Both the position numbers and the translations under genes were made by a program. Below the pieces are notes generated by a model that was not told the origin of the DNA, did no database searches, and saw only the letters and a list, made by a program, of their open reading frames with translations. A stretch of DNA of 64,000 nucleotides from Blastocystis sp. Blastoise (lineage: Eukaryota > Protista > Bigyra: Opalinata), in the NCBI GenBank assembly GCA_039096225.1, contig JBBPEB010000002.1, positions 930,001-994,000 of the forward strand. The letters are read 5' to 3'. Of this stretch, positions 18,152-31,666 are shown in pieces (position 1 is the first letter of the stretch; each line of letters begins with the position of its first letter).

Positions 18152-19447
18152 TAGAGATTTACAAAAAACCGTATATGAATATATCACCGCTTTTTTTTTG
18201 AGAAAACCGTATATACGGTTTTTTCATTTCTCAGTCAAAATTCCATATTCGGTTTTAAAACCGTATATGAATTTTATTTTACTTATATAAAGTCAAATAT
18301 TAATTTTTTAAAATTGTTTTTTGTTTTATAAGTGTTATATCAGGCTTATTCATATATTTAAGTTATTTCTTGATATTCTTTTAGAAATATTTTATTATTA
18401 ATTAGATTATATAGACAATAAAGAGATTTAAGCTTAATCTAGTCATATTACAAACATATAATAACTGTTTCTGATAATCTCAAGCAAGTTATGGGTAGAT
18501 TAAACTCTATTGATAGTAATCACTTTTTGTCCATTTTGATTGAATCAGTTAATTGTTCTTATTCAATACTCTAATCTGCGTTTATCAATATAAAATGAAG
18601 TAACTTCTTTTGGAAATACAATGAATCCGTGACTATAACATTTTTTTACATTATCGGCTATATTTGACTCTATATTATAAATAATTACATAATATGATAT
18701 ATATCATCACTTCTCAATGTATTTTATAATATTATTATAATTTCATTGAAATTTATCTATCATAAAATGAATGATGTTTTTTATTCTCTTAAATACTAGT
18801 TATAGCTATATTAAAAGCATGAAATATTTATATAGAGAGATATAAAGTATAAATGAATCATTACTACTATTAATGAGTCAAATAAAAATAGAATCAATGT
18901 ACAATTAGTGAAAATGTAATATCAGTTATAATTTATGATATGTAATTATTTATGAAGATGTTGACATGATAGAGCACATTAATCTGAAAGATATTAAAAA
19001 CATTTCACAGAATATGTAGTTTTTTAAAGCTCATCAAATGTTGATTATATTAGTTTATTGTGTATTAAATAGCATTTATAGTAAAGGAGAAATATTATAG
19101 TATAAAAAATATCAAATTAAATAATTAATTGCTTATAAAATAGTACTTATATCATGAGTATTTCAACAATATTAGTTTTTACATATATACATAACATAAT
19201 TAACATTATCATAATATAGTAAACAATAAATTCGAAGATACTTTGTGAACAATGTCAACAAATGGAACTGTTTCTTTTTTTTCTAAGTTTCTTTCTATTA
19301 CAACTATAATTCTTATGAATATACATAATTAATAAACAAAAAAATATCAACATTAAAAGACATATAAGTACAATAAAAAACCGTATATACGGTTTTCTCA
19401 AAAAAAAACCGGTGATATATTCATATACGGTTTTTTGTAAATCTCTA
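18152..19447. mobile_element. Non-autonomous hAT-superfamily DNA transposon (1296 bp)
   Basis: TIRs at 18152-18224 and 19375-19447 (73 bp, one mismatch) begin TAGAGATTTACAAAAAACCGTATATG. Flanked by a perfect 8-bp duplication GTTTGAAA (18144-18151 and 19448-19455). Repeated AAAACCGTATA subterminal motifs; no transposase ORF. Confidence 0.93.
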
Positions 19448-19654
19448 GTTTGAAACATAAAAAATCTAATTGGAAAAGAAATAATGTTTTTCTTTAAGAA
19501 TAAAATACTTTTTATTATCATCACTGAACCATCTTTTTGTTTACCAAAGCATTCTTATTACAAGTACAACAACAACAGAGTCTACCACGGAAAAATAAAT
19601 GAAAAAAAAAAAAAAAAAACGAAAAATAAAAGGAAAGCCCACCTTTTTCTAAAT

Positions 19655-19666
19655 GATTGATTGGCT
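19655..19666 (-). promoter_or_regulatory. Candidate inverted CCAAT box upstream of nrdJ
   Basis: GATTGATTGGCT about 200 bp upstream of the ATG; identical to 12235-12246. Confidence 0.4.
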
Positions 19667-19861
19667 AGAAAACTCTAGATTTTTATTTTTTCAAATAACG
19701 TGGGAAACAGCGAGGTTCTTTTCTATTAAGTCTTTATTCTTTTCTATTTTAAAGTTTTGTATAGATTTATTTCAAGTATATATTTCTATATTTATATTTA
19801 TTAAAACACTTAGAACTTGTTTTCTAGCTTATTTTTATATTTATAGAATATTAATTTTACA

Positions 19862-22197
19862 ATGAATGTTGAATTATCATTTAAATTAGATCCTGAGTTT
19901 CTTGAACCATACAAGCATCGTACACCTCCATTTGGATTCAATGGTCTTGGTGAAATTGTATATAGAAGAACATATTCTCGTGTGAAAAATGACGGTACAA
20001 ACGAAGATTGGTGGGAAACTATTCAACGTGTTGTTGAAGGTACTTATTCTATTCAAAAAGATTATATTCAGTCTATGTTATTGGGTTGGAATGATAATCA
20101 AGGTCAAGCATCTGCTCAAGAAATGTATAATTTAATGTTCAATATGAAGTTCCTTCCTCCAGGTATCTATATAATCATAATTCTTTCTTTAATTTATATA
20201 TATATACATAAATTTTTTAAGAATTGTTTGTTTTCTCTTTTATCTTCTAATGTATATTTATTTATTCTTATTATTTTATTATAATGAGTTTCAATAAATA
20301 TATATATATATATATATCTATTATAGGTCGTGGTTTATGGTGTATGGGAACAGCTGTTGTTCATAAGAAGAATTTATCTGCAGCTTTAAATAATTGTGCT
20401 TTTGTGTCTACTGAAGATATACTGAATAATCCTACTCGTCCTTTTACATTTTTAATGGATGCTTCTATGTTAGGAGTAGGTGTTGGTTTTGATACTAAGG
20501 GAGCAGGGAAAGTATCTATTATAGGTCCTTTAGAAACAGAATCTGTTGAATATATAATTGATGATAGTCGTGAAGGATGGGTTGATTCAGTAGAAGCTCT
20601 TCTTCTTTCCTATATAGGTGAGAATGGTCAACAATTACCTTCTATTCGTTTTAATTATGATGAGATTCGTCCTGCTGGAAAGATATTAAAGACATTTGGT
20701 GGTTATTCTAGTGGTCCTAAACCCTTAATGGATTTACATAATTCTATTATAGAGATATTAAATGAACGTAAAGGAACAACCATGACTTCTACGGATATTG
20801 TCGATATATTTAATTTAATTGGTAAATGTGTTGTTTCTGGTAATATTCGTAGAACTGCTGAAATTGCTTTTGGTGAACCAGAAGATAAAGAATTTTTAGA
20901 TTTAAAGAATTATGAAAAGAATCCAAGACGTATGGCTTTTGGTTGGTCTTCTAATAATAGTGTATTTGCTAAGATAGGTATGGATTATAAAGAAATAGCT
21001 GAACGTATTCAAATTAATGGTGAGCCAGGGTTAGCTTGGTTAAGTAATATGCAACAATATGGACGTATGGAAGATCCTGCTAATAATAAAGATAGTCGTG
21101 TTAAAGGTGGAAATCCATGTTTAGAACAATCTTTAGAATCTTATGAATTATGTTGTTTAGTCGAAACATTCCCTGCTAGACATACTTCCTTACAAGAATA
21201 TTTACGTACTTTGAAATTTGCTTATTTATATGCAAAGACAGTTACATTACGTATGACTCATTGGCCTGAAACTAATAGAGTTATGTTAAGAAATCGTAGA
21301 ATAGGTTGTTCTGTTTCTGGTGTAGCTCAATTCTTAGCTAAACATAGTTTAGATGAATTAAAAGTCTGGTTAGATGAAGGATATCATACTATTCAACATT
21401 GGGATGATGTATATAGTAGTTGGTTCTGTATACCACATTCTATTAAAACTACTTCCGTTAAACCTTCTGGAACAGTATCTCTCTTAGCAGGTGCTACTCC
21501 TGGTATGCATTTCCCTGAGAGTAGAACGTACTTACGTCGTATTCGTGTAGCTAAAGATTCTGCATTATTAATACCTATAAGAGAAGCAGGATATGTAGTA
21601 GATCCTGCAGTAGGTCAAGAAGATACCACTGTTGTTGTAGAGATTCCTGTAAAGATTGAAGAAGAAGGTATTCGTACTATTAATGAAGTTTCTATGTTTG
21701 AACAATTATCATTAGCTGCTTTTATGCAACGATATTGGGCTGATAATCAAGTTAGTTGTACAATTACATTTGATAAGAAAACTGAAGGTCCTCATATAGC
21801 ACATATGCTTCAATTCTTCCAATATCAATTAAAAGGGGTTAGTATGTTACCTAAATTTGAAAAATTATGTTATCCTCAGTTACCTTATGAAGAAGTTAGT
21901 GAAGAATTCTATAATGAACGTATGAAAAATGTAAAACCTATAGTATTTTTTGATCGTGGTAATAATCCTATAGAAGATACTACAGTACCTTTTTTACCTG
22001 TATTAAAAGAACCTCTAGTAGATGGTAAAAATGTAAGAGGATATACGATTAAAACATTAACCGTTAAAGGTGGATATACAGAAACTAATGAAGCTCCTGA
22101 AGTCATTCAAACTGTACCTGAAAGTCAAAAAGGAGAATTTCATCATGTTTTCCCCGATGATGTCAGTTTCTGTACCAATGAAAAATGTCAATTATAA
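19862..22197 (+). CDS. nrdJ: Class II (adenosylcobalamin-dependent) ribonucleotide reductase, monomeric NrdJ/RTPR type, 723 aa, 2 exons
   Basis: Exons 19862-20162 and 20327-22197 restore FLPPG|RGLW. Motifs VYRRTYSR, ALNNCAF, VVSGNIRRTAEI, GNPCLEQ...ELCCLVE, RNRRIG, TSVKPSGTVSLL and C-terminal redox pair FCTNEKC. Confidence 0.96.
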
Positions 22198-22390
22198 AAA
22201 AAAATTTTAATTTTATATATATACACTTTATATATATGTTAATATACTATACTGATCACATTACTTTTCTCTTTTTCTTCTTTTATACATATCAATTAGG
22301 TTAATGTTTCTAGAATAGAGTTTTGTTAGCTATATATAAATGTATTAATTTATAAACAAAAAAAAACAATTTTTCACTATAATAACCATA

Positions 22391-22935
22391 TTAATCATCT
22401 TTATATTTTATAGCTTGTGCTATATATAAAACGGCTTCTAATAAGAGCATCACAGCACCTGAAATAACGGAAATAGACAAAGCCTATATTTTTCAAATGA
22501 AGATAATAAATAAAGTTATAATCAACATACAAACTGAATTCCATGACTACGATAATATAAATAAAACATAACGATAGAAACTGTCATTATAGCAGCAGCA
22601 AAACCTAACATATAACCAGAATCTTGAAGTGGACTCTCTGATTTCTCCATTTCCACTTTGGGATATATATCTTTTGATATATCAGATACCATACGACGAT
22701 ATTCACGTTGTGAAGCTTTACATTTCAACTTTTTTATTCTTTCAATGTATTCTTCATTCGGTTTTTCATTAGGTTGATTTTGACTTTGAATAGTAGACCC
22801 TTGTAAATAATCACTTAAAGATACTTCATTCTTCTTTTCATCTCTGTCCTTATTTATGAACTCTTTAAGATTTTCAATAGGAATTTCAGATCCATCATGG
22901 CCTGAACCCTTTCCTAATTTTACTGTCAAAGGCAT
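22391..22935 (-). CDS. TMEM199: V-ATPase assembly factor Vma12/TMEM199 homologue, 2 exons
   Basis: PNEEYIERIKKLKCKASQREYRRMVSDI signature, two TM helices (second ...GAVMLLLEAVLYI) and C-terminal KYKDD, which fits the KxKxx ER-retrieval motif. Confidence 0.8.
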
Positions 22936-23712
22936 TTAGAAAAATTATGTTTTTTTGTTTGTCTGATCAACTATTTTATTATTTCTTTATACTTTTTTGA
23001 TTTCTAAGAAGTCAGGTGTATCATAAGTTACGTAATAAAAGATGTTTGATTAGTTATCAAGAAATCTAATTGCGATTATTACTGTTTTTCAAGATTTGTG
23101 CATGCTATAAGTGTTTATTATCATGACTTGATGATAAATTCAGTATATCTTCAACAGAATGGAATACTTTATTTGTGTTTATTTTGTGTAAAGTGAGTAG
23201 ATATCGTTCACCAAAGTCATAACATGTTGTATATACATTTGTAGAACATAAACTATAAATATCTCTTGGGATTATGAATTGAAAACATAAGTTTTTCGAA
23301 GAATGTGTTATTTTTCTTTATAACTATTTTAAATAGTTGTATATGAAGCAGAATACGTGATTAAAAACCTTTTTGATATTGAATACAGTGATTTAAGTTT
23401 AAATAGAGTAATTTTTCTTGTTAATTCAATGCATTTAATTCGAGATCCATACAATTTCACCGTTTATATTAATATATAAAGTCTACTATAACTATGTGTA
23501 ATTATAAAACATCGTTAAATCGTTTCTAGTATCTAATTATTAGACACACATGTTTATCAACAAAAAAAAATACATGTCTATGTAAATACGAACTACATAT
23601 CCTCTTCAAAAATAATTTTTTTAATAATTTTACAAAATGATTAAAATAATACCTTGAGCAAATAATTCATGTTATTTGAAAAACGATTCCATTTTTATTA
23701 TTTTTTTTGTCA

Positions 23713-25856
23713 ATGGCCGTTGTACGTTATTTTCTTTCTTTATTATATCTTTATAATAAAATATAGGTTACTGGTTATAAGGATATTGAGAATCTCTTGT
23801 CTATTATTTCATCGACAAGTGATAATTGGCAATATCGAATCCAAGCATTGGAATCTGTTGAAGTATCAATTACTATATCTTAACAAACTCTATATTTCAT
23901 AGACTCTAGCGAAAACAGTGAAATTACATTCTCAATTGAAACCTTATTTTTTAACAAAGGAATTAATTGGTGGTTTATTCTTACAGGTATATGATAAAGT
24001 ACTGAATAATAGTGAGTTCTATTTATTATTTAGTTTGGTGATTTGAATGTAAAGGTCAAAAAGGCTTCTAGTGAAGCGATTACTAGTTTATATGATGTAT
24101 TACCTAAAGATATGATTGAGATCAACACTCTTATTGTTTCAATGCTTCTTGAAAGAGCCACTACTGCTTCAAATGTATTTTTTTTCATTTTTTATAAGAA
24201 ACTATTTTTTTTATTCTTTAAGGTTGAATTGAAATATATTTCTAATATCTTGAGTGTCTCTATGAACCAATACCAAAATGATGATGTATTCATATTGATT
24301 GAACAATCCATGAAAATTGAAAATAAATCCTTACAATTATTATGTATTTCGTGCGTCCAGTGGGCTATTGCCAATTGGACATCAAAAACATTCGAAGAAA
24401 TACCTGAATTTATCACTATTTTTAATGTATATATGTGTGTGGTTTATGCGTTTTTAATATATTTATGTTTGTTCATATATTCTTTTTATATATATGTGTT
24501 TATATGTTTTATTATATATATTATTGATTATATATATGTGTTTATAGGTTTTTTATGTATATTAGTGATTATATATATATTATTGATTATATATATATGT
24601 TTATACGTTTTTATTATATACTATAGTTTATTATATATATTATTGATTCTATATATTTCTATGTTTATATATATATAGTTATTGCCCTCATTAATGCCTA
24701 CAATTCAAGCAATGAATATATATGCTGATATACTTATTCAAATTCCTAAATGGAAAGAATTGTATTATATATATATATTAAGGATATATTTCTATATCTA
24801 TATTAAATATATGATTTTAAGATAACACTTATATATATATGGTTATAAAAAATAACTTATATATATATATAGTGCGGATAAATACTTGACACCACAACAA
24901 TATAAACTCGTTGAGAATAGAATTATAAACTCTAAAATGACATCTATAAAAGTGAAACAACTTTTTAAACCAAAAACTTCTTCTTCATCTTTCGCATCTC
25001 TCTCTCAGCCAATTCCTTCTTTTTCCCGCTCTCTTCATCCCGCCAATCCCTCATCCCGTACAATTGTCACACCCACTACAAGTAGAGCACGTGATATCCG
25101 TACAATCCAGGAACTCCCTTCTACCAATAATCTTCCTCCACTTAAATCTCATTATAAACCGTCTTCAACAGCTCAACTATCTACTCGTAATCCTCATAAT
25201 CAAACAATACTTTCTAGTCCGAAAAGAACTAGTATATGTTATATTTATTATTATTATATTTTATTTATAATGTTTTATTTTATTTTATTATTTGTATTAT
25301 TATTGTATTTTTTTTTATTTATTATGTTTATTATTTGTATTATTATTATATTTATTATATTAATTCTATTTTCAGATTATCCAGGTGTACAATCTCGTGT
25401 TTTGGCTGAAGCTGGAATCAGTAGTCGACTGAAATCATCTGAACATATACCTTTATCTTCTTCTCGTACATCTACAGTTATTTCCACGAATAATAAACAA
25501 AATCAAGAGAAAATCAATTCTTTAAAGAAAGATGTTCAAGATGTATATATAGTATCATAAACATAACATATATTATCATATATTATCATATATTATCATA
25601 TATAATCATATATAATCATATATAATCATATATAATCATATATAATCATATATATAATCATATATTATCATATATATAATCGCAAACATAACATATATAA
25701 TCATATATAATTATATATTATACATTGATACATAAGACTATCACTTCTATATCTTTATAGAAAGCTAATTTCTTACAGTCCTGTACGCCTCCCGCGGGAA
25801 TCGTAGATGGAGATATACTTTTATCCAAATCAGAAACTCAACAAATTCACGAATAA
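23713..25856 (+). CDS. CLASP-like protein: N-terminal TOG/HEAT domain plus S/R/P-rich basic tail (multi-exon)
   Basis: SDNWQYRIQALESVE, FGDLNVKVKKASSEAI and LCISCVQWAIANW resemble CLASP_N. Followed by a low-complexity basic region. TAA at 25854-25856. Confidence 0.65.
25570..25680. repeat. 10-bp tandem repeat (ATATAATCAT)n in an intron
   Basis: Visible periodicity between the last two CLASP-like exons. Confidence 0.85.
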
Positions 25857-26584
25857 ATTCATTTATTATTCAAATATATATAAATGTAAATTTGTTATCT
25901 TATTTTACTATTCATCATTTTACCATCAAATAATACTCAAGTTTTTTAAAAATATTTTTTAGAGTTGTCTATATTCAATTCTTTATTTGATTTATATAAC
26001 ATTATTTATCCTCCTTTTCCATTATTTTCACTTTTTTCAATGTTTTGTGAGTTTTTTTAAATATTTTATCTTCAGTTTCTTTTAGTTTAGTTTGCTTAAG
26101 AATAACTATTTATTGCTCTAGTAATATATATCAAAGTCCCTAATGGAGAAATAAAGTTATTCTCACGAAAAGAAAAACAATTTGTTTTTATAAAGTTTTT
26201 TACAGTAACACTATCACGTCTAACATATCACAACATAAGATTATATCCTCTATATAGAAAGAACATAAAACCCCAAAAGAAAAGCATTTCTACATTACTA
26301 AAAACCAATTACTACCATAACAAGAATAATCTTCATATCCTATTAACTATACATATCTGTAACACTTAAAATGATGCTAAAAAACAAGGATTCACTAAAA
26401 CATAGTAAAAAATAGTAAAAACAGTCAAAGATTGTTATTTATGTTTTATCGAATTCGTAAGCCTATGACATCATTCTTAATCACGAAAAATAATTCTTGC
26501 ACATTATTTTTCATTTATTCTTTCCTTTTCATATCTTATTTGATTTTATATTCATCGTTTTATTAATTACAAGAACTATCATTT

Positions 26585-27752
26585 ATGGAACTAATTAGTT
26601 GGGGATTATATGCCTCTGCCATTTCTTTTGTTGTCGTTATGGTTTGGCTTATTTACATGGGTGCTTTCCAGTATGTGCTTAAAACGATACCTACTATAAA
26701 TATAGTATCTTAAAATCTGAAACTGTTGAGATTGATGAACAATATGTCATGTATGTTTTTGTTTTGCTTATTATTTTAGATATTCAACTTTTTTATAGAC
26801 TCAAGACATTCAGAGGTACATATAGCAATATGCAAAAGGCATCTGATATACTTGATACATTACTTATTACCGTATGTTTATGTATATTTGATATATATAT
26901 ATGTATTATATATTATAGAATTATGGGTTTTCTCTTTATAATTCTCACACGTTGGTTTTCTATCATGAAGATCCAGGCTCAACTTCCGACAGTATTTTTA
27001 TTTTTTTTAAATAAAATAAATTCGACACAAATTGTGTTCATTCTTAAAACAATATATTTATTTAGATAATTTAACTTGGTCTATGGGCGTTGTTGTTGAT
27101 AAAGATATATATGAAAAACAATTAAATACCGATGAATTACAATATATTCGTCTACCAAAGTCTAGAATATTAAGGTATATATATATATATAATTATTATT
27201 TATTTTTAAATTATTTTATATATATATAGATTATCATTCAAATATATTAACGAAGGTTCCTATATTATTGGGGCTAAAAAATGGTATATATTTATATGTA
27301 TATATATATATTATTTTTGATTGCTATTATTATAATATATTGAATATTATATATTCTTCTAATAATTAGTAATATAATAAATAAATATTATTTTATCCTC
27401 TTCTTTTTCTTCTTCTTATAATAATATATATATAGTTTTCGTAAATTGTGTCAAATTATTCAGGATAAGAATATAGTATTAACAATTCCACCGATAGAGT
27501 CCCACGATCTTCAATTCGATAAAGATTTCATTCGGTATATATATATATATATATTGTTATTTATATATCTATAATAATATATACTATTTTTTTATTATAT
27601 AATATTATTTTAATTTATACTTTTATTCACATTTTTTTTAATTATGTTATTTCATATCTATATTTTTATTATATTATTATTTATATAGTTATTATGTATA
27701 TCTTGATCGCACTCAAGTTGATTTCCAATTAAATAAATGCATTCAATTATAA
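26585..27752 (+). CDS. TEX264-like protein (N-terminal TM plus GyrI-like domain), multi-exon
   Basis: TM segment ending WLIYMGAF. KTFRGTYSN, VFYHEDP...LTWSMGVVV, LSFKYINEGSYIIGAKKW and PPIE follow the TEX264/GyrI motif order. Confidence 0.6.
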
Positions 27753-28142
27753 TCATTGAATATATTTATATTAACACACCCCAAATAATTAAGATTTGCT
27801 CTCAATTTCTTATCTATACATATGTCTTTTCATATTTTTTATTCTCTCTTTCTTTTCTCACTCTTTCTCTCTCTATTTAATCAGTTCTAATTTATACTAT
27901 TTTTATAGTTAAACTCTGTTATTTACTTTTTCCCTCTATTATATACTATTCTTTTGTCTGTGCTTCATCATTCGTTTTTATTATTTTTTTTTTGGTTTCT
28001 ATTTATTTTTTTCATTATTATATATATTTTTTTGGATTCCAAACTATTCCAAACACTTTTCTATTTTATTTTTCAAATATAAAGAAATAAAACTATTTTT
28101 TTCATAACAAATAAAAACACAATTTTTTAATTTATTCGAATT

Positions 28143-29600
28143 ATGGATGCTCAAAGAATATTACTTTCTCTTAACATTGATGGAGTCACCAGGGAGATGT
28201 ATGCTCAGAATAATAGAGATATTCTCTATTTGAAGCAAAAGATTCAGGTATTTTTATTTCGATATTAAAGTTTCTAGATATATAGAGGCTCTTCGGAATA
28301 CAAACAAGTCGTCAGACATTATATTATCGAAATCAAGAATTAACTGATGATTATTTACCATTACAAGACTTACATCTGACGTCTCTGGAGACTCTTTATA
28401 TATCAGACTCCATCCCCTATATAGAGTTAACTCTATGCTATGAGAATTACTCGATCACGAAACAAATATCAAAGGAAACTCCATTATCAGAGTGTAGTTG
28501 CTTATTAATGAGCGTATTTATGTATATTTATATTTCTAATGACAATGAAATAGAGTTTGTATAAACAAAATATTCAATTTAAAGAGAAAGAAATGCTCAT
28601 TTGTACTTATAATGGCATTCATTTAGATGAATCCATGCAAATCTTAGGCTATAAATATTTACCAAATCATTCAACACTCTCTTTTGAAAAAGTGAGCTAT
28701 ATTGGTTGCGTATATATATATATTAAAAATCACAAAAACAATGATTATTATTAATTAGAATGAATATGAACAACCTATTTATGAAAAGCTGAATCCCGCG
28801 GTTATTTGGGTATATTTAGAATATGGGAATAAGTATTCAGATATTATTTCTATATCTATTTTATCTACGTGTCAATCCATATATACAACAATTTCTGTAT
28901 ATCTATATTATATGTGGTTTCTTTTATATATGTATATTTGTATTTTTTTTTATTATATATATCGATTCTTATTATAATTTTATTAAGATATATATATAGT
29001 TTTTTATATAATATTCTTTATATATATATATATAGATATTGTATAATATTCCTATTGAGAATATTCATTTATATATAAATTCTACTCTTCTTTCTCCTTC
29101 TTCTTCTATTTATAATTATAGTATTCAGCATTTAAATCATATTCAAGTGAAAATAGATGTATATATATTGTATTATATTTTTCATATATAATTATATTTT
29201 AATATATATATATAATTATATTTTAATATATATATATATAATGATATTTATATATATATTATATATAATGATATTTTAATATATATATATAGTTATTATT
29301 TATATATGAGAATCAGGAATATAAGAAAGAAATTGACCCCGGTATTTATGTTTCTGAATTAATTCAATTTTGGCAAGTAAATATATATATATATATATTT
29401 ATATTATCATCAACAATTTATATATATAGTCTGAATTGAATTGTTTTCCTTTATTTTTAAAATCATCACATGGTTTTCTTACTTATAATTCTATTCCACC
29501 CCTATCTTCAGAGACTTCTTCTCTTCCTTTAAGGGTATTTCCCGCGGTTATTCCAATGATTCATCAATTTGATCATTCAAATCAATTTTTATTGAAGAAA

Positions 29601-29658
<58 letters not shown>

Positions 29659-30183
29659 ATTTATATTTATAGGGATTTATAATTAATACGATTAATATAA
29701 AAACGTGGAATAGAACACAAATAATGATTGAGGGATCCATGAGGGTTCGCGAACTCAATTATATTCTCTTGGTATATATATATATATATATATATAGATT
29801 TATTTATATAGGGTGAAGAAGAAGATATGATGAAAGAAGAATCAACTATTGATAATGATGAGGATACAAAAGGATATACTGTTGATTCGTTAATATCTTT
29901 AGAAACCCTCTATATATATAACGGAAGATATTTGTGTCTCAATGATACAATAAATCGATATATAAATGAGGATTCAACAGACTCTACTATTACTATTTAT
30001 TATTTATATGTATATAATATATATATATAGATTGTTATTATTATATTTCACTCCTGTCATATCATATATAACGAATAATATATTATATTATATTTATTCA
30101 TCATCATTATTCATCTGAAATATTATTCCATAGATCCCCAATATATTCCCCAATATTTCTCCAATTGATGTTTCTATTCATGG

Positions 30184-30244
<61 letters not shown>

Positions 30245-30413
30245 CTGAACAAATTCTTATGGAATCTTTAAAAACACAAAAGAATAGTATTCCTGAGTGT
30301 GTATCTATTCATTATTCTTCGAGTGTGTATACATTATTTCGTTCATATATATCAAACTATATATATATAAATGTGATGCAATCATTGAGTTCTTTACATT
30401 ATATACTTATTAC

Positions 30414-30482
<69 letters not shown>

Positions 30483-31611
30483 ATAGAAGACAATGAAAAT
30501 ATTCAATTGACTGTAGATCCTTCATTAAGTATATATATATATATATTATTATATATATAGAGCAAAGTGATAGTTATACTCAATTTATAACAATGATGAT
30601 ACCATGTATATATATATATATATATTATTATTATATATATATAGGGAGTATTATTGCTGAAGATATCTATTCATTTGTTTATATATTTAAACATAATTAT
30701 TTTCATTCATTACAGATTATAGCATTTAAGTGTATATATATATATATATATTAAGTATATACAAGAATATATATAGTATGTTTATCTACATTATCATTTC
30801 GTCTGCTTCTTCTTCTTCTCCTGTCTCTCTCTCCTATTCAAAATATAGTTTATATTAACAGTATATATATATTAGTATTATTAATATTATTATTCACATA
30901 AATATATAATAATAATAATTATTATATATATACAGATCTACCGTTATCTCTATTAAGCTCAATTATTTATAAATATATATATATATATATTAAAAAGACT
31001 TCCCTCCATTTCCCAATGGATATCCCGGAAAAACAAGAAGATATTCATGATTTTATGAAGAGTATATATATAGTTAAATATATATGTATTCAATATAGAT
31101 TTATCAAAACCAGAGAACAAAGAAATATATATACAATTTATGTTAGAACTAGATACCATTGATATTCGAATGCTTTTTAACCGCGGGAATTATGATCTTT
31201 TCGATACTATTTATATGAATAATTATGTATTATTAAATAGTTTATTGGATGAAGAAAATAATGAAGAAGAAAAAGAAGAAGAAAATAATGAAGAAGAAAA
31301 TAATGAAGAAAAAGAAGAAGAAGAAAAAGAAGAAAATGAAAAAGGACAATTAAATAATAAACAATTATATAATGAACAGAAATATACCAATAAAAATGAA
31401 TCAGAAGAAGAAGAAGAAGAAGAAGAGATAAAAGAAGGGGGAGTAGATATAGAGTCTATTTATTTTTTGGGTGAACAATATACGATTGAAGATTTGTATA
31501 ATACTATATACAGAGACACAAATGAAAATAGTATTCCAAGTGAGACTAGAGATACTATTATGGAATCTATTGATTTAGATATTAATAACATTCATAATCT
31601 CTCCTTTTATA

Positions 31612-31666
<55 letters not shown>

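Noticed and set aside
19255-19524. 89-aa minus-strand ORF as a transposase remnant
   Set aside because: It crosses the TIR and TSD into flanking DNA and has no hAT motifs; no convincing transposase fragment was seen inside the element.
19862-22197. Bacterial contamination, or two overlapping genes at 20284
   Set aside because: A single GT-AG intron (20163-20326) joins the two ORFs within a conserved motif, and the flanking genes are eukaryotic.
22261-22330. Possible third Vma12 exon ending KRRKREK
   Set aside because: Exon 2 already stops in frame at KYKDD-TAA, a valid KxKxx signal, before any usable donor site.
22391-22935. Functional clustering of Vma12 with the V-ATPase-linked TLDc genes
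   Set aside because: It is 14-19 kb away with unrelated genes between; probably coincidence.
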